Source of the DNA: Selaginella moellendorffii
Taxonomy: Eukaryota > Plantae > Lycopodiophyta
Length of the DNA stretch: 64,000 nt
NCBI RefSeq assembly: GCF_000143415.4
Contig: NW_003314393.1
Span: 253,175 to 317,174, forward strand
Reading direction: 5' to 3'
Position 1 is the stretch's first letter. Each line of letters begins with the position of its first letter. Below the pieces are notes generated by a model that made no database searches, was not told where the DNA came from, and was given only the letters and a program-made list of their open reading frames with translations. This document shows, in pieces, positions 12,475 to 25,303 of the stretch. The position numbers and the translations under genes were made by a program.

Positions 12475-15400
12475 TATGAGTGCATGGAATATGGAAAGAA
12501 AATATAGAAATATGCATATCAATTAGCCCAAAAACCTTAGGTTATATATATGAGCGAGAGATTCGAATTGAAACCAATCTAATGGCTACCAAAATCCCAC
12601 TATATTAATATTAGTATATGGTAATATAGCCGTACACTTGAACCTCATAAAATATAATAAAATTATAAACATATAATCTGTGAGTGTATGGAATATGGAA
12701 AGAGAATATAGAAATATATTAATTAACCAAAAAACCCTAGCTTATATACAAGAGTAAATTGTCCGGATTGAAACCAATCTAATAGCTACCAAAATCCTAC
12801 TACGCTAATATTAGTATATGGTATCATAGCTATACACTTGGACCTCACAAATCTAAATATAAAACTATTTCAAAAAGGAAATTAAAAGAAAAGACATATA
12901 ATTTACATATTTAAAAGCTGGGATTTATATAAATTTTAAGATGGATTATGTAAAAAAACTCTTGAAGAATAAAAATGATTTTAAAAATTATTTTTACTTA
13001 TAAAAAAACTAATATTTTTGGATATCCTCAAGTATTTCTTGTTTCAAATGTATATATCACAAAAAATTTCTCTAAATAGTAGGAAGTAAATTACTTTCTA
13101 ATATTAATATTAATATATAGTTCACAAGAGTAGCAACATCTTTATATTTTCTTCCTTGCTTCAAATACCAAATATCTTGTCTGGTTTTTAACTAATAACC
13201 TTGTACAAGCTTAATTTTAAATTCTTATATTTTAATATTCAGATGCACTACTTGAGCTCTGCATTATTATTAAACCCACTAAGTAAATTTATCAAAATTA
13301 CTACCATATTTATATTAAACCTCATGGCAATAGAGAATGGTTCTTGGTATCTAATAGGTATAAGCTATCTTATACAAATATAAATATCAAATCCATTTCT
13401 TACTAATATCTCAAAAACTAGCTACTTCTTCTATATTTTCTACTAGTCTTTTTACTCATAACATTATTTAATCCGCCAATAGCTTTAAATAATTTTTATA
13501 TTTTCTTTCAATACTGACACATAGTTTATATAAATTTTTTGATATTAGTTTTGTTTTTTTCTGCAATTATATTATCTCAATCCCTAAAAGTCTTCCAGGA
13601 CAGAGAAAGAGTGTTTAGTAGCAGTTTGGGGTTTCAATAAATTTCATGCATATCTATATGGTTCTTGATCGTTATTAAAAAGTGATCATATTATAATTAC
13701 TTCATTATTGAAGTGGAAGAACTTAGTTGGTTGTACTACTCAATGGGATTTAAAGTTTTAGATATATAATTTTGATGTTATTTATCACTCGAAGAGTTCT
13801 ATGGCTGATGCTGAAACCATTTTTTAAGCTCCTTTTCCTTTTTTGCTCTCTTCTTATATTTCTGACAAGCTTGTTATTCTAGCATTTATGAATTTTTTGA
13901 ACGAGGATTCAATGTCATTAGCAATTATTATACTTAATGTTTAATGTTCACAAGGTGTAGAATAAGATTTAACTTCTCTTCATGAAATTCACGAAGCTCA
14001 AGATTGAACTATGGATTTAAAGGCTTCGCAATGGGTTGTAGAATCCTGCATGACTTGCCATTTCAGTATTTACATTCTCAATATCGCCTTAAGGACGATT
14101 TTCTTTATTTTGTGGGGACAAATCCTAATGATCATTTATAGTAGGTGGGGCCTTCACTAATTATTCCATACTTTCTCCATGCTACCATAATTCTCCTATT
14201 CTATGCAGGTATATGGGACATTGTCATGTGACTGAGAAGTTGCGTAAGTCTTTTTATTGGTCAGAGATACAATATGATGTTATCTAATATATGCATAGCT
14301 GCATTTGGTGCTAAGCTCGTAATACTCCCCATCATCTTGTGGAAGGATAGTTGGAATCAATTATAGTTTCCCGTGCATTTGAGTTTGTGGTGTTTAATCT
14401 ATTGGGGCATCTTCCATGATTGATTGCTAGCAATGAGTATGTTATTATTGCTTTTGACTATTTGACTTGTTGAGTGGAAGTCGGTGTTCTTGCTAGTACA
14501 TCTGCAACTGTTGTTGGATATTTCCTTCTCAATCAAGTGGTGTTTCAGCTATTCGGAGTGGATTCTTGTGGATAATGGTCCTACCTACATTTATGGATGA
14601 GGCATTTTATATTTTAACATCTTGGTTGGGGATACACCACACTTTCATAAGTGCTTATCATCCACAGTTAAATGGTTTGGTAGAACAACTTATTTGGACC
14701 TTCAAAAGGATGATCGTGAAGTATGTGAACTTTTAGCATTCAGATTGGGATGCTTATTTTCTATATCTTTAATATGTATATGTCAAAGGGGTGTAGAGTT
14801 TTGTTGATGCTTTACCAAATAAACTCTTATATGGTTATAATCCAATACTTCCAACGAAATTGGGTTTACTTTTGCGATTCCTACAAGTTACTGATACTAG
14901 ATCATGGATTCAGTATTTGATGAGCATTCTTCCACTTGTTTAAGCAAAGTTTGCTAGACACCTAGGCTGCATATAAATGGGACAACAACGGTGTTATAAC
15001 TCCCATCATCATCCACCTATAGAGTACAAAGTGGATGACTTGGTATTAGTTTATTTTTCCAATCTTATGTATATGGTTTATTTAAGGGGTTCTTGCTTAG
15101 TGGAAAGGACCATATTAGGTGTTGCGGCAAGTTGGACCTCAAGTTTATAAGGTTTGGCATGATGTTTAGCAGGCTAATCCTCCAAAACTTGTTCATGTGT
15201 AGCAGTTGAAATGCTTCATACAAAGGGATTAAGAATGACTAACACCACCTACATATCCACCGATGCTTCCTTTTGATGTTCCTCTAGATTCTAGCCTATC
15301 TATAAAAGAACCTTGATGGTTTTCTATTATTTCGAGAGGAGAGGATGATGTGAAGTCTCTATATACTAATATTAATTTAGTGGGATTTTGGTAATTGTTG

Positions 15401-15505
15401 GATTGGTTTCAATATGAACCACTCACTTATATATATAAGTTAAGGTTTTTGGGCTAATTAATATACATATTTTTGTGTTCTTTTTCTATATTCTATACAC
15501 TCACA
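12475..15505 (+). mobile_element. Inverted-repeat-flanked RNase H-integrase remnant (Ginger/GingerRoot-like, or decayed Ty3)
   Basis: A ~145-bp repeat starting TGTGAGTGTATGG (12679; tandem copy at 12475) recurs inverted at ~15361-15505, ending CACTCACA. Between them are decayed Ty3-type RH (EKECLVAVWGFNKFHAYLYG, ~13600) and integrase (FYWSEIQYDV, YVIIAFDYLT, SAYHPQLNGLVE; ~14170-15300). No RT is recognised and no TSD was found. Confidence 0.55.
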
Positions 15506-16722
15506 ATTGTATTTTAAAAAATATTTATATTAAATAAAATTATATTATTTATGTATATAGTAATACAGTAGATCTAATTATATATTTTTTAATGGTTTCT
15601 AAAATCAAATTTAAGAAGGAGATGAAAGAGAATACTACTTTAAGAAAATCTATAAAGGTGCTCTTATATGAGATTTTCTTGAAATAATGTTTATATCTCT
15701 AGATGGATAGTAAAATTAGAGCTTGGTTATTTTACTTTATCTTTCCTGATCTTCCATGATTTATCATTGCAAAGTACTATTTCTACATTGGCACAAGGAG
15801 CCTTGAAGATTATTTATTTATTATATAAGAATAAAACTTCTCAATATACAAATAAAAAGGTAAAAAGGAAGCACTAGGAGCTTAATTTAGATCCTTTATA
15901 CATACACAACTAAAAAAACTTTGGCACAAGTAATAGCCAATAAAGGACAATTTTTCTTTCATGTATATAAAAAGTATGAAGACTTTGGTGGTTCTCACTA
16001 ACCATATAACTATAGTTTCAATATTGCTTTTAAAGTATTGCGTAATCAAAACTCTTTTAGAGAAATTGTGTTGTGGGAACTATTATACATTTCTTATATT
16101 TTGTCAATTTATAATTTCTCTATATATCTAGAACCATTCTCTATTTCCAGAAATTCTATTATTCTTTAGTAAACTATAAATGTTAAAGGCATCATTACAG
16201 TTCAGATAATAAAGAAGTTAACTCAGTACACAATTAAATTTATAACTTCACCAAACCTGTTACAAAATCTATTATTCTTTGGTATGTCTATATTTCTTTG
16301 ATTTTGTGAAAACTTAATTGGTTTTAAAGCTTGGTACAGGAGTAGCAGAAAGGCTGGGATTTATTTATTTTGGTCTTCTGATTGGAAACTACTGAGATTC
16401 AGTGTTGAGGTCTATAATGAAAGGTAGAGAATTTATGGTTGCCATATTCTTGCAGTGAGCTGGATGGATACAATCCTGAAATTTTGTGTTTTATTACTTT
16501 TTTACAATTTTGGAGCCAATCAAAATATCCAATATTTTCTTCAAGTTTCCCAACAAGGAGTGCACTGCCAATGCAGCAACTTTGTGCACTGGTGCTCTCA
16601 AGTTATCATCACAGCAGCCACTGATATGGATGTGACTGGCTTCTCAATTGATCAAACACCATAGTTGAGTGCCAACACCGTACCAGTATAGGGTTCTTCC
16701 TCCTCCAAGTTGTCCAGACAGC

Positions 16723-17226
16723 ATGGCACTCACCTTGCTGACATTCTTGATTTTTTTAAACAAGTGGTACTATGAGCTGGTGCTCAAGCCAGAACAACCC
16801 CCACTTCCACCAGGTTTGCTTGGATGGCCGTCTTTATCAATGTGGCTCCTTTTCTTAGAGCCTTCAAGTCTAGAAGACTGGACTTTCATGGGTCACTTTT
16901 TGGTTTCAGGTACAGAAATTACAAGGCATTTCTATTCTGGCAGCCCACCGTCCTGGCTGCCACATCAGAGGCATGCAAATTCATGCTCTCCAAAGACAGT
17001 TTTGAGACAGGAAGCCTAGAGAGTGCTGTTGTGCTCATGGGACAAAATTTGTTTGTGGGATTAACTGGAGAGAGCTACTTGAAGCTCTAGAGTCCACTGT
17101 GAACAATCCCAAAGCACTTAAGCAGTATGTGCCCCTACAACAGCATGTCTTGTAAAGTGGCCTATGTAGCATAAGATCATTCTTCTTACCAAGATGAGAA
17201 GGGTAAGTGATGTTTACTTCCTCTTT
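16723..17226 (+). pseudogene. Cytochrome P450 CYP88 (ent-kaurenoic acid oxidase-like) 5' fragment, frameshifted and cut by a transposon
   Basis: NKWYYE...PPLPPGLLGWP, FLRAFKS, YKAFLFWQPTVLAATSEACKFML, LMGQNLFVGL and TVNNPKALKQYVP align by eye with the KAO/CYP88A N-terminus. The frames shift and there is a stop. Similarity ends at the MULE end at 17227. Confidence 0.8.
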
Positions 17227-17367
17227 GGGGTTGGGTAGTTTTTGAGTTGAGCTCAAGTCAATGAAAGTCAACAAAAGTAAAAGGAAGTCAATACAATCTG
17301 CAAAAGTTTAATGAAACTACTTTAGTTCGTTCTGAACTAAGAATTTTTAACTTAAAATTTAGGTGTT
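17227..17367 (-). mobile_element. Terminus of an older MULE copy (B'), left piece
   Basis: GGGGTTGGGTAGTTTTTGAG... is the reverse complement of the element end at ~29055-29214, with many C>T/G>A changes. Confidence 0.85.
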
Positions 17368-17391
17368 AAGCTCTATTTCGTTAAAGTGGGA
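17368..17391 (+). repeat. Left TIR of the Sola-like element
   Basis: Exact reverse complement of 45471-45494. Confidence 0.95.
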
Positions 17392-18646
17392 TTTATTCAG
17401 TAAAATGGGACTAGGTACAAATTTTCAAGTATTTGAAAATGACGTGAAATTATATGTTTTTTGTCCAGGGGCTAGACATATCTGGGGCATGGTGACTAGC
17501 GCGGTGACCTTATGTCCAAACTGAGTCCATCTAGTTGTATAATAAATCTCATTGTCAAGGTGAACAAGCCGAATCTGAAGCTAAAGAAGAGCGATGGCAT
17601 GCGCGCACACACTATTTGTTTGTTCATTGAGCGTGTGGTGAGCTTTCCAAGATGAACATCATTCCTATTAGCCAGACATATAACTTAATGGTGAGAACAT
17701 TTAGATATTATTCAATGTTATCTTTTTCTAACGAATCTAATTGTGAAGGTGTAGCAAGAGGCATTGCTAGTCTGGAGAAGTCATTTAACTCATTTGACCC
17801 TTAGTGTATTTTCATGAAACTAAATAACATTCATATTATTAAGGAATTTCTCTAGTACCTTTTTTTTACGACATAGAGGCTTGCATTTCTTTCAAAGGTG
17901 ATTTAGTAAAAGGCCTGAGGGCACATGCCATTCTATTTCTCAGACCGGTATTAAGATATACTAGTGCAAAGGGAAAAAGGTATTTGGTGATCAAGTAAAT
18001 GGCATGAGGGCACACGCCATTATAAGCCTAAGCGCTAGTGGACACCTCCTTTTTGGTACTCTCAGCGGTACTATCATCCTTCTCCGGGTCAGTTGTTTTG
18101 CTTTGGATTGTTGTCTCTGACGTTACTGGGGCGTTCTCGATAGTTGTTAATGTTGCCGTTTGTTCAGAAAAATGATCACCTGGAGTATAGTATGGGGAGT
18201 TTGGAAGACTTATATATTCTACATCTTCACCTATCTCCTTCTCCGTCTCCTTTTCTGCCTCACTTACAGATTTTGTGCTTGCTATGAGAATGCTCTTCAC
18301 CCTAAAATATGGAGTTCGTTGTGTTATAAAAGGAAACCAACACACACGCTGCAAGGGAATGATGGTACATAAAGCACGTAAGCCCACAATATGGGTTTAT
18401 GTGCCATTAATATAGGCCATACGCCATATTATTAGATTTATGCACGTGTGATTGGTAAATGCATATGTCACATCATCTCAGGCCACATGCCATCACGCCT
18501 CCTCTGATTCAGATTCGGATTGTTCACCTTGAAATAAAATACATTAGAAACTTTGTAAAGGAATATTAATGAATCTCACCTTGAACCCGAGTTATGAATG
18601 CTCTTGCTGCATCTCTTGCATGGTCTGGCAAGGTGATGGTGGCACT

Positions 18647-20512
18647 CTACTTCCGCATCCAACCATGCACAACATTATCCACCGATATGCTCATGCTGGG
18701 ATCCCTTGGATTCAGCACCCATCTCTTTTCTAGGCAATCCTTCGTATATCCGGAACTTGGCTTGAACCACTCCACAGTTACATTGAAGGAGTTAGTTTCC
18801 GCGTCCTCCTCTGCATCAGTGATGCAGCGCCCCACCCATATCATTTGTTTTTTATTACTGGGTCTGACAAGCACGACCATTCCTTTGCAGACCTGTACTG
18901 GATTGAATGCTGAATCCGGCTTCTTGTTCCTCGGCCCACAATAGTGATCCTCAACATCGTTATCTGTCACTGCATTTCCAGAGGACATTGTTCCGCTACT
19001 ATCTGGTGCTCTGGGTTCTGGCCAAAAGGACTCTTCCAATTCTTCATATACAACCGGCCCATTTTGGATAGCAGATATAATCTTCTCCCAGTATTCAAGC
19101 AAAGGCTTGCACCTCTGAAAATAGGATTCTCCACCAAACACCAACCCCCTCTTCCAGAAGGCAATATGCTGTCTAATCCCGGCCACTATACTTTCCTGGT
19201 CTTTGAGTCCATCCGGGTGCATCGGCCGTGGGGAACCCTGAGGAATCATAGGTTCCCCAGTTATGGGATCTCTCTTGAAGAGTTCAATGCCGTCCACTGG
19301 CAGCCACACTGTGTCCCATTCTCTCATCTTGTACCTCATCACTGGAGCACCGTCACACATGCTGAAATGAAACTGAAGAGGCTTGGAGTGGCCAATCTGC
19401 GTTTCGGATCCATCCCTGATGTAGCCTCTTACAAACCCCTTAAAGTCTGGAACCTCTGTCAGAAGTGCAGCTTCAACAGTGCCTTTGATGCAATTTTGGA
19501 ATTCATCGTAGAGTTGTGGGAGGGTGAGGACATTGGATCGCTGGAGGGACTCTGCCAGGTGACTGAACATGGCATCGACGTCTTCATGAGTGTGCCCAAC
19601 CATGAGAAAGCCAAGTGTAACCGTTTCAAATATGCCTTTGGCAACAAGCATCGCCAAGTACGCGAAGACGTACATGTTTTTGTTCTCACTGCCAGCATTG
19701 TCTGTTTGGAGCAGAAGATGGGGTGGAAGGCCACATCGGCCGCAAGAACTTCCTTGAGATTCTGCTTCGTTTGGATGAGGCTGTGCATTCACCGGGCGAC
19801 CAGCCTCGTCGGAATGGCATGAGGCCTCACGTGATAACCCTACAATCTGACGGCCAACATATTCACTGGGATGGCATGGGGCCCCACGCGATACTGCAAG
19901 CCTTTGCTCCTCCTCCAGCTGAACCCTGTATGGGGTTCGATCGACAAGGGCCTTATGCAAGGGTTGGCCGTTCAGCTCAGTTTGCGCACTTTGCAGAGAC
20001 CTTAAGTGTTTTGCTAGGGACGCAATCATCATGTTTGCACCCCCGCCACCCCATAGAGGTACAAAGAAGTTCCCATAGTTCTGGGCACCATGCCCATGAG
20101 CGATTATGCCAAACAGAGACACAGGCAGCTGCATGGATGAAGAGATTGCCTTGGGGGCAGGATTGAGTCGAGGTAAGCACGTCTTTTTCTGGTCCATTTT
20201 GTCGTGGATGATGCAGAGGTAAGAGTCAGGTCTCTCCATGGAGAGAATCCTGTTATGATAATATGCAGTCCTGCAGCTTCTCTGCTCGATGTTGTGGTCG
20301 AGCCGCCTTCTAACCAACGTCTCTCGCTCTTGAGCGCTGCAAGAATTCTTCGACAAAGCCATTTTGATAGCAGTGCACTCGTCACACTTTGAAAAGCTGG
20401 AGTACTTTCCTATACTCACATCCCTGAACCTGTTGCTCCACAATCTACTAAATCTAGATTGGCTCAGCTTCTTGTAGCCATTACTCTGGAGTTCCCGATT
20501 CACATCTTCCAA
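18647..20512 (-). CDS. Sola-like DDE transposase (5' part lost in gap or interrupted; probable premature stop at 18647)
   Basis: 621-aa ORF with FSKCDEC, IIHDKMDQ, LLLQTDNAGSENKN and FLMVGHTHEDVDAMFS, typical of Sola1/DUF7869 proteins. Coding-like sequence (SATITLPDHARDAARAFITRVQ, then intron, then GEQSESESEEA*) continues past the TAG to ~18494. Confidence 0.82.
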   Translation of the reverse strand: MEDVNRELQSNGYKKLSQSRFSRLWSNRFRDVSIGKYSSFSKCDECTAIKMALSKNSCSAQERETLVRRRLDHNIEQRSCRTAYYHNRILSMERPDSYLCIIHDKMDQKKTCLPRLNPAPKAISSSMQLPVSLFGIIAHGHGAQNYGNFFVPLWGGGGANMMIASLAKHLRSLQSAQTELNGQPLHKALVDRTPYRVQLEEEQRLAVSRGAPCHPSEYVGRQIVGLSREASCHSDEAGRPVNAQPHPNEAESQGSSCGRCGLPPHLLLQTDNAGSENKNMYVFAYLAMLVAKGIFETVTLGFLMVGHTHEDVDAMFSHLAESLQRSNVLTLPQLYDEFQNCIKGTVEAALLTEVPDFKGFVRGYIRDGSETQIGHSKPLQFHFSMCDGAPVMRYKMREWDTVWLPVDGIELFKRDPITGEPMIPQGSPRPMHPDGLKDQESIVAGIRQHIAFWKRGLVFGGESYFQRCKPLLEYWEKIISAIQNGPVVYEELEESFWPEPRAPDSSGTMSSGNAVTDNDVEDHYCGPRNKKPDSAFNPVQVCKGMVVLVRPSNKKQMIWVGRCITDAEEDAETNSFNVTVEWFKPSSGYTKDCLEKRWVLNPRDPSMSISVDNVVHGWMRK

Positions 20513-20560
20513 TTCAAACCTCCATCGCCATTTTCTGCCTTTTCGGTTCGTTGCTCAGAT

Positions 20561-20660
20561 NNNNNNNNNNNNNNNNNNNNNNNNNNNNNNNNNNNNNNNN
20601 NNNNNNNNNNNNNNNNNNNNNNNNNNNNNNNNNNNNNNNNNNNNNNNNNNNNNNNNNNNN
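20561..20660. other. Assembly gap, expected to hide the left end of MULE B and part of the Sola transposase 5' region
   Basis: 100 N. Other gaps lie at ~22375-22474 and ~24563-25300. Confidence 0.9.
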
Positions 20661-20665
20661 AACCC

Positions 20666-23600
20666 CTAGCACCAGATGAGTTCCGGGGGATGTGCACCTT
20701 TCGAAATGGAAGACCTGTATTGTATAGCCTTCCCATTCCTAGCTGGTCGTGTATGCCGGTCTAGTGTTGATATTGGTGGCATAGCAGTACTAATAGCAAC
20801 ATTTGAGGAAGTCTTTAGCTTGAAACCTGCTCTCTCCAGACTTTCAATCTCTTCTTTCAAAAGATTGCAGCTTCGCTCAACTGGCCACTCCTCTGGCACA
20901 GAATCTGGCTTCAAAATAATTGAGCTGTGGATCCTGCTTGTATGAGTAACATCAGTCCCACAACAGTAGATCCAGCTTGACTGGCGGCCCTTCACTCCTA
21001 GATCTCGACAGCCCCAGAAACATGGCACTGCTGAAGAACTTGAACCTGAGCGCACAAAAGCGAGACACTGACCTCGACTCCCAATCATTCCAGAGCAACG
21101 TGCATTGCTCTTGGCACTGACTCTTCGAATTGCCCAGTTGATACGAGAAACTGGCTCGCGAGAAATAACCTTTTCAACCTCTGGCACTGGACTTACTTGT
21201 GTAACAACTGGCACCTCCTCCACTCCATGTTCCTTAGTTCTTTTCCGATGTCGTGGAACAGAATGGTAGTCAAACTCTGGACGGTGAGAGCTAGAAGGAG
21301 TGATGTTTGACCCATCAAATGTCTGTCGACGCTTCATACGGGCTGTTCTCATGTCCCCAAGTGGCTCATAACTTGATTTCATAGGAGTTCCAGCAACAAC
21401 TTCCTCCACCATCTTGGACATTGACCCTGCTGCTGGTGTTGTCCTTCTACCAACCCGCTCTTGAAGCCTGTCTAAGTTCGGACCTGTACCAGCAAACCTT
21501 GCTTCCTGTGCAGCCAAAGCTTTTGATGATTGCTCAAGAGATCTAGTGAGGTCGGAGAGTGTAGCTTCATAGAGGGACACTTTTCCCTTCCCTGCTTCGG
21601 AAGCTCTCCAACTCCAATGTTTGCTCTCAGAGAGATTAATTGTTGGTGTAAGTGCAATATCATCAAGTGGTTGATCCTACAAAAAATGCAACATTTGAAT
21701 GTGACAAGAAAGAAAATGAGAGAAAGCTTACATGGAGAGTATAATGACCCCACTGAAACATTCGAACTTCCCACCATGCAAGCCAGCATTCCATTTGTGG
21801 AAGGTTTTCAATTGGCACTTTGTCTCCTTCACGCCACCATATGCGCATTTCATTTGCCTTTGCCTCGTGCTCCTCTTTAGTTGGTGCATCCATCCATTTC
21901 CGACAAAGCTGCTTGAACTCGTGATGGAAGGTAGACTTGATGCATCGGCAATGTTCATTGACGCTCTTTGCCCAATGAAACTCACAACTCTTCTCTCTAC
22001 CTTGTAATGGCTGACTTTTATCACCTCCGAATACTTGTCGTACAGCCAACCAGTTAGCACCAGCTGCATCTGCCATGAAACCACGGAAGTTGGGTTTCTT
22101 CCCGGTTCGCTGTTCAACAACCTCGGACATACATGTCCAAAAGATGGTTTGTGCTTGAAAATCTTGAACTTTGAATTCGGCTATAGCTATAGTCAAATTG
22201 CACTGCAACCTATAAAAGGAATGGTTATAATGTAAATTGGTATAGATCCTTAAAAAATGAAAAGCCACTTACTTGTGATCATAAACATGAGCTCCCATTG
22301 TTGACCAGCCTGAAACTCGTTCCATATGGTCAAAATGGATCCAGGAATTAGCTAAATCCCCATCTCCATCCATANNNNNNNNNNNNNNNNNNNNNNNNNN
22401 NNNNNNNNNNNNNNNNNNNNNNNNNNNNNNNNNNNNNNNNNNNNNNNNNNNNNNNNNNNNNNNNNNNNNNNNNNAAAGGGCGTTGATTGTTCGAAGTCAC
22501 TTGGCCAACGAATAAGCTCCCATGAATAAACTCATAGGGACATTTTCTCTTTAGCTCCAAAATCCCATCCAATCCAGATTGAAGCTTTCCATCTCGCCCT
22601 TCTCGCATCCAGTTCTTTATTCTACAAAAAAAAAGAGTGTTATTAGTGATAAAGTAGAGTTAAGTGTTAATTTTATACCTGTTTAAATTTGTCATAGGTT
22701 CTATATTTCGAAGTAGGTCCTTCAAGCTATTCTCCGTGAACTCTTTTTGGCTATCAGATTGTAACAACATGTCCACCACATAGTCCTTTAGTATAGACTG
22801 TTGAACACACTTTGGAGTTGCTGCACTTTTCTTCCTAGCCTCTGTAGTAACAGCAGTCTTCAAATTGCGAAAAGAATCACGGCGGATTCCTTCCTCAATT
22901 GCGTGTTGGTGGTATCCAATATGCACTGCTGCTCTGCCTAAACATCCATCCCGTGGAAGAAAATAATACATTTTCGCATCGCAACATGCTTGACACACAG
23001 GTGTTGCCCCGCATTTGCGACATCTAAATCCTGTAGCAACTTCATCACGCCTAGGGGGATTGATTGCTGAGCCTTCAAAGAAACACATATTCTTGCCATG
23101 ATCAGAAATGCATTTCTCAGCGACACACTGAAGCTGTCCACCGCAATGGACTATGGACACAGATCCATCGAAATGAGAGAAGTGGGTCGTCTTTACTCTG
23201 CACCAATTATGTGGATCAAGACGTGTTTCCATACCCCTTTTCCTGCTTGACGAACTTGCTGGTGGAAACTCGAAGAATATATTCCCATTATAGGAAGAAG
23301 GAAGCTCCTCACCTCTCATGTACTGGAACTCCTTCAATTCCAACCGTAATGATCGAGATTGCCGAAATGCCTTATCCACCACTTCAAAAACTGGTCCAGA
23401 AGGAACACACCTACTTGTCTGGGAAGCTATGTCAGGAAGCTCATCTTCTTCATTTTCGTCACTGGAGAGAATAATAACTTCATCCTTCACTCTTTGCACA
23501 GTTGGCTGTGAAACTGATGCGCTCTCCTCTCCTCGCTTCGGAGATCCTGTAACTAGAATCTCTTGACCTGTACATCTATCAAGATCCCATTGAATCCCAT

Positions 23601-23808
23601 TCTCTCCCACACCACTGTCGAGAAGAATGGATTTTTCTATCTGATTACCCTTATCACGACATACATTCTCCAAACTAACTGATCCTGGCTTCAGCTTGAA
23701 TCTTCTGCAGAGGAAGGTCTCTCCTATAACACTCCTAGAGAAAACAATTGGAGGCTCTTGATCGAACTTCAAATAGAATTCTCTCATATCTTCTCCTTGC
23801 TCGAGCAC
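20666..23808 (-). CDS. MULE-type transposase with GCM/WRKY-like zinc DNA-binding domain (multi-exon)
   Basis: Exons: 23808-~22680 (HCGGQLQC...CRKCG...CDAKMYY...VHIGYHQH); ~22620-22272 (WIHFDH, first D); ~22210-21731 (FMADAAGANW, second D; CEFH insertion motif); ~21677-20666 (NLSESKH, E). They are separated by ~55-60 nt GT-AG introns. Confidence 0.8.
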
Positions 23809-25303
23809 TTAGAAAAAAATTTGGGGAGAAACTGACAAGAAAGAACAAAGATATTCTTCTGTATTGTGAGCATTAATTAGCTATGTCCTTGCAAAGGACA
23901 AGTTAATTATTTTAACAAAATATACAACCGTTTAGAATCTAGAGAGATATGAGAATCTTAAAGAGCCGCCCATATTAATTGTATAATTGATTGTGAGAGG
24001 AATAATAATGTTGAAATGAATGTGGTTATGAGTGAGAAGCGCCAATCAATCACAAAAGTTGTAGCATTGATTTTTTGTTCTCCCTCTCATCTCCATGCTC
24101 TCTTCCCTTCAAGAGAGTTTCATTCTTTTGTGACAAGTGAGAGAGACTCAAAAACAAGTAACCTCACGATCAATTATACATATCTTAATATCTAAAACAT
24201 TGAAAGATTGTGTCCATTGATCACCATCAAAGAGAATGAAAATCATGGCCATTGATCGTGACTGTTGATCGCGTCCGTTGATTTTTAGGGTTTTACGCCT
24301 AGGGTTTGAGCAGCAAAGGGCAAGAGAAAGGCGCGCTTGAGCAGGGAAGGGCGAGCGAAAGGCACTTCAATCAAGCAATGTGCTTCAAGACACTCCTCAA
24401 ACAAGGTATGCTTCCTTGAGAAGGTCGGTTCGCACGCGAACCGACGTCTTCTCACTTTCTTTCTTCCATTCTATTTTCTCAATTTTTGTTTTCTCTTGAG
24501 GGATAGAGATGTCGATTCTTGTGCGAACCGACATCTCCTAGCATTCTATTTCATTTTCTATTNNNNNNNNNNNNNNNNNNNNNNNNNNNNNNNNNNNNNN
24601 NNNNNNNNNNNNNNNNNNNNNNNNNNNNNNNNNNNNNNNNNNNNNNNNNNNNNNNNNNNNNNNNNNNNNNNNNNNNNNNNNNNNNNNNNNNNNNNNNNNN
24701 NNNNNNNNNNNNNNNNNNNNNNNNNNNNNNNNNNNNNNNNNNNNNNNNNNNNNNNNNNNNNNNNNNNNNNNNNNNNNNNNNNNNNNNNNNNNNNNNNNNN
24801 NNNNNNNNNNNNNNNNNNNNNNNNNNNNNNNNNNNNNNNNNNNNNNNNNNNNNNNNNNNNNNNNNNNNNNNNNNNNNNNNNNNNNNNNNNNNNNNNNNNN
24901 NNNNNNNNNNNNNNNNNNNNNNNNNNNNNNNNNNNNNNNNNNNNNNNNNNNNNNNNNNNNNNNNNNNNNNNNNNNNNNNNNNNNNNNNNNNNNNNNNNNN
25001 NNNNNNNNNNNNNNNNNNNNNNNNNNNNNNNNNNNNNNNNNNNNNNNNNNNNNNNNNNNNNNNNNNNNNNNNNNNNNNNNNNNNNNNNNNNNNNNNNNNN
25101 NNNNNNNNNNNNNNNNNNNNNNNNNNNNNNNNNNNNNNNNNNNNNNNNNNNNNNNNNNNNNNNNNNNNNNNNNNNNNNNNNNNNNNNNNNNNNNNNNNNN
25201 NNNNNNNNNNNNNNNNNNNNNNNNNNNNNNNNNNNNNNNNNNNNNNNNNNNNNNNNNNNNNNNNNNNNNNNNNNNNNNNNNNNNNNNNNNNNNNNNNNNN
25301 GAC

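Noticed and set aside
18028-18387. Separate small gene on the minus strand
   Set aside because: Low-complexity T/E/S-rich ORF with no motif. It could be an alternative terminal exon of the transposase, but this cannot be supported.
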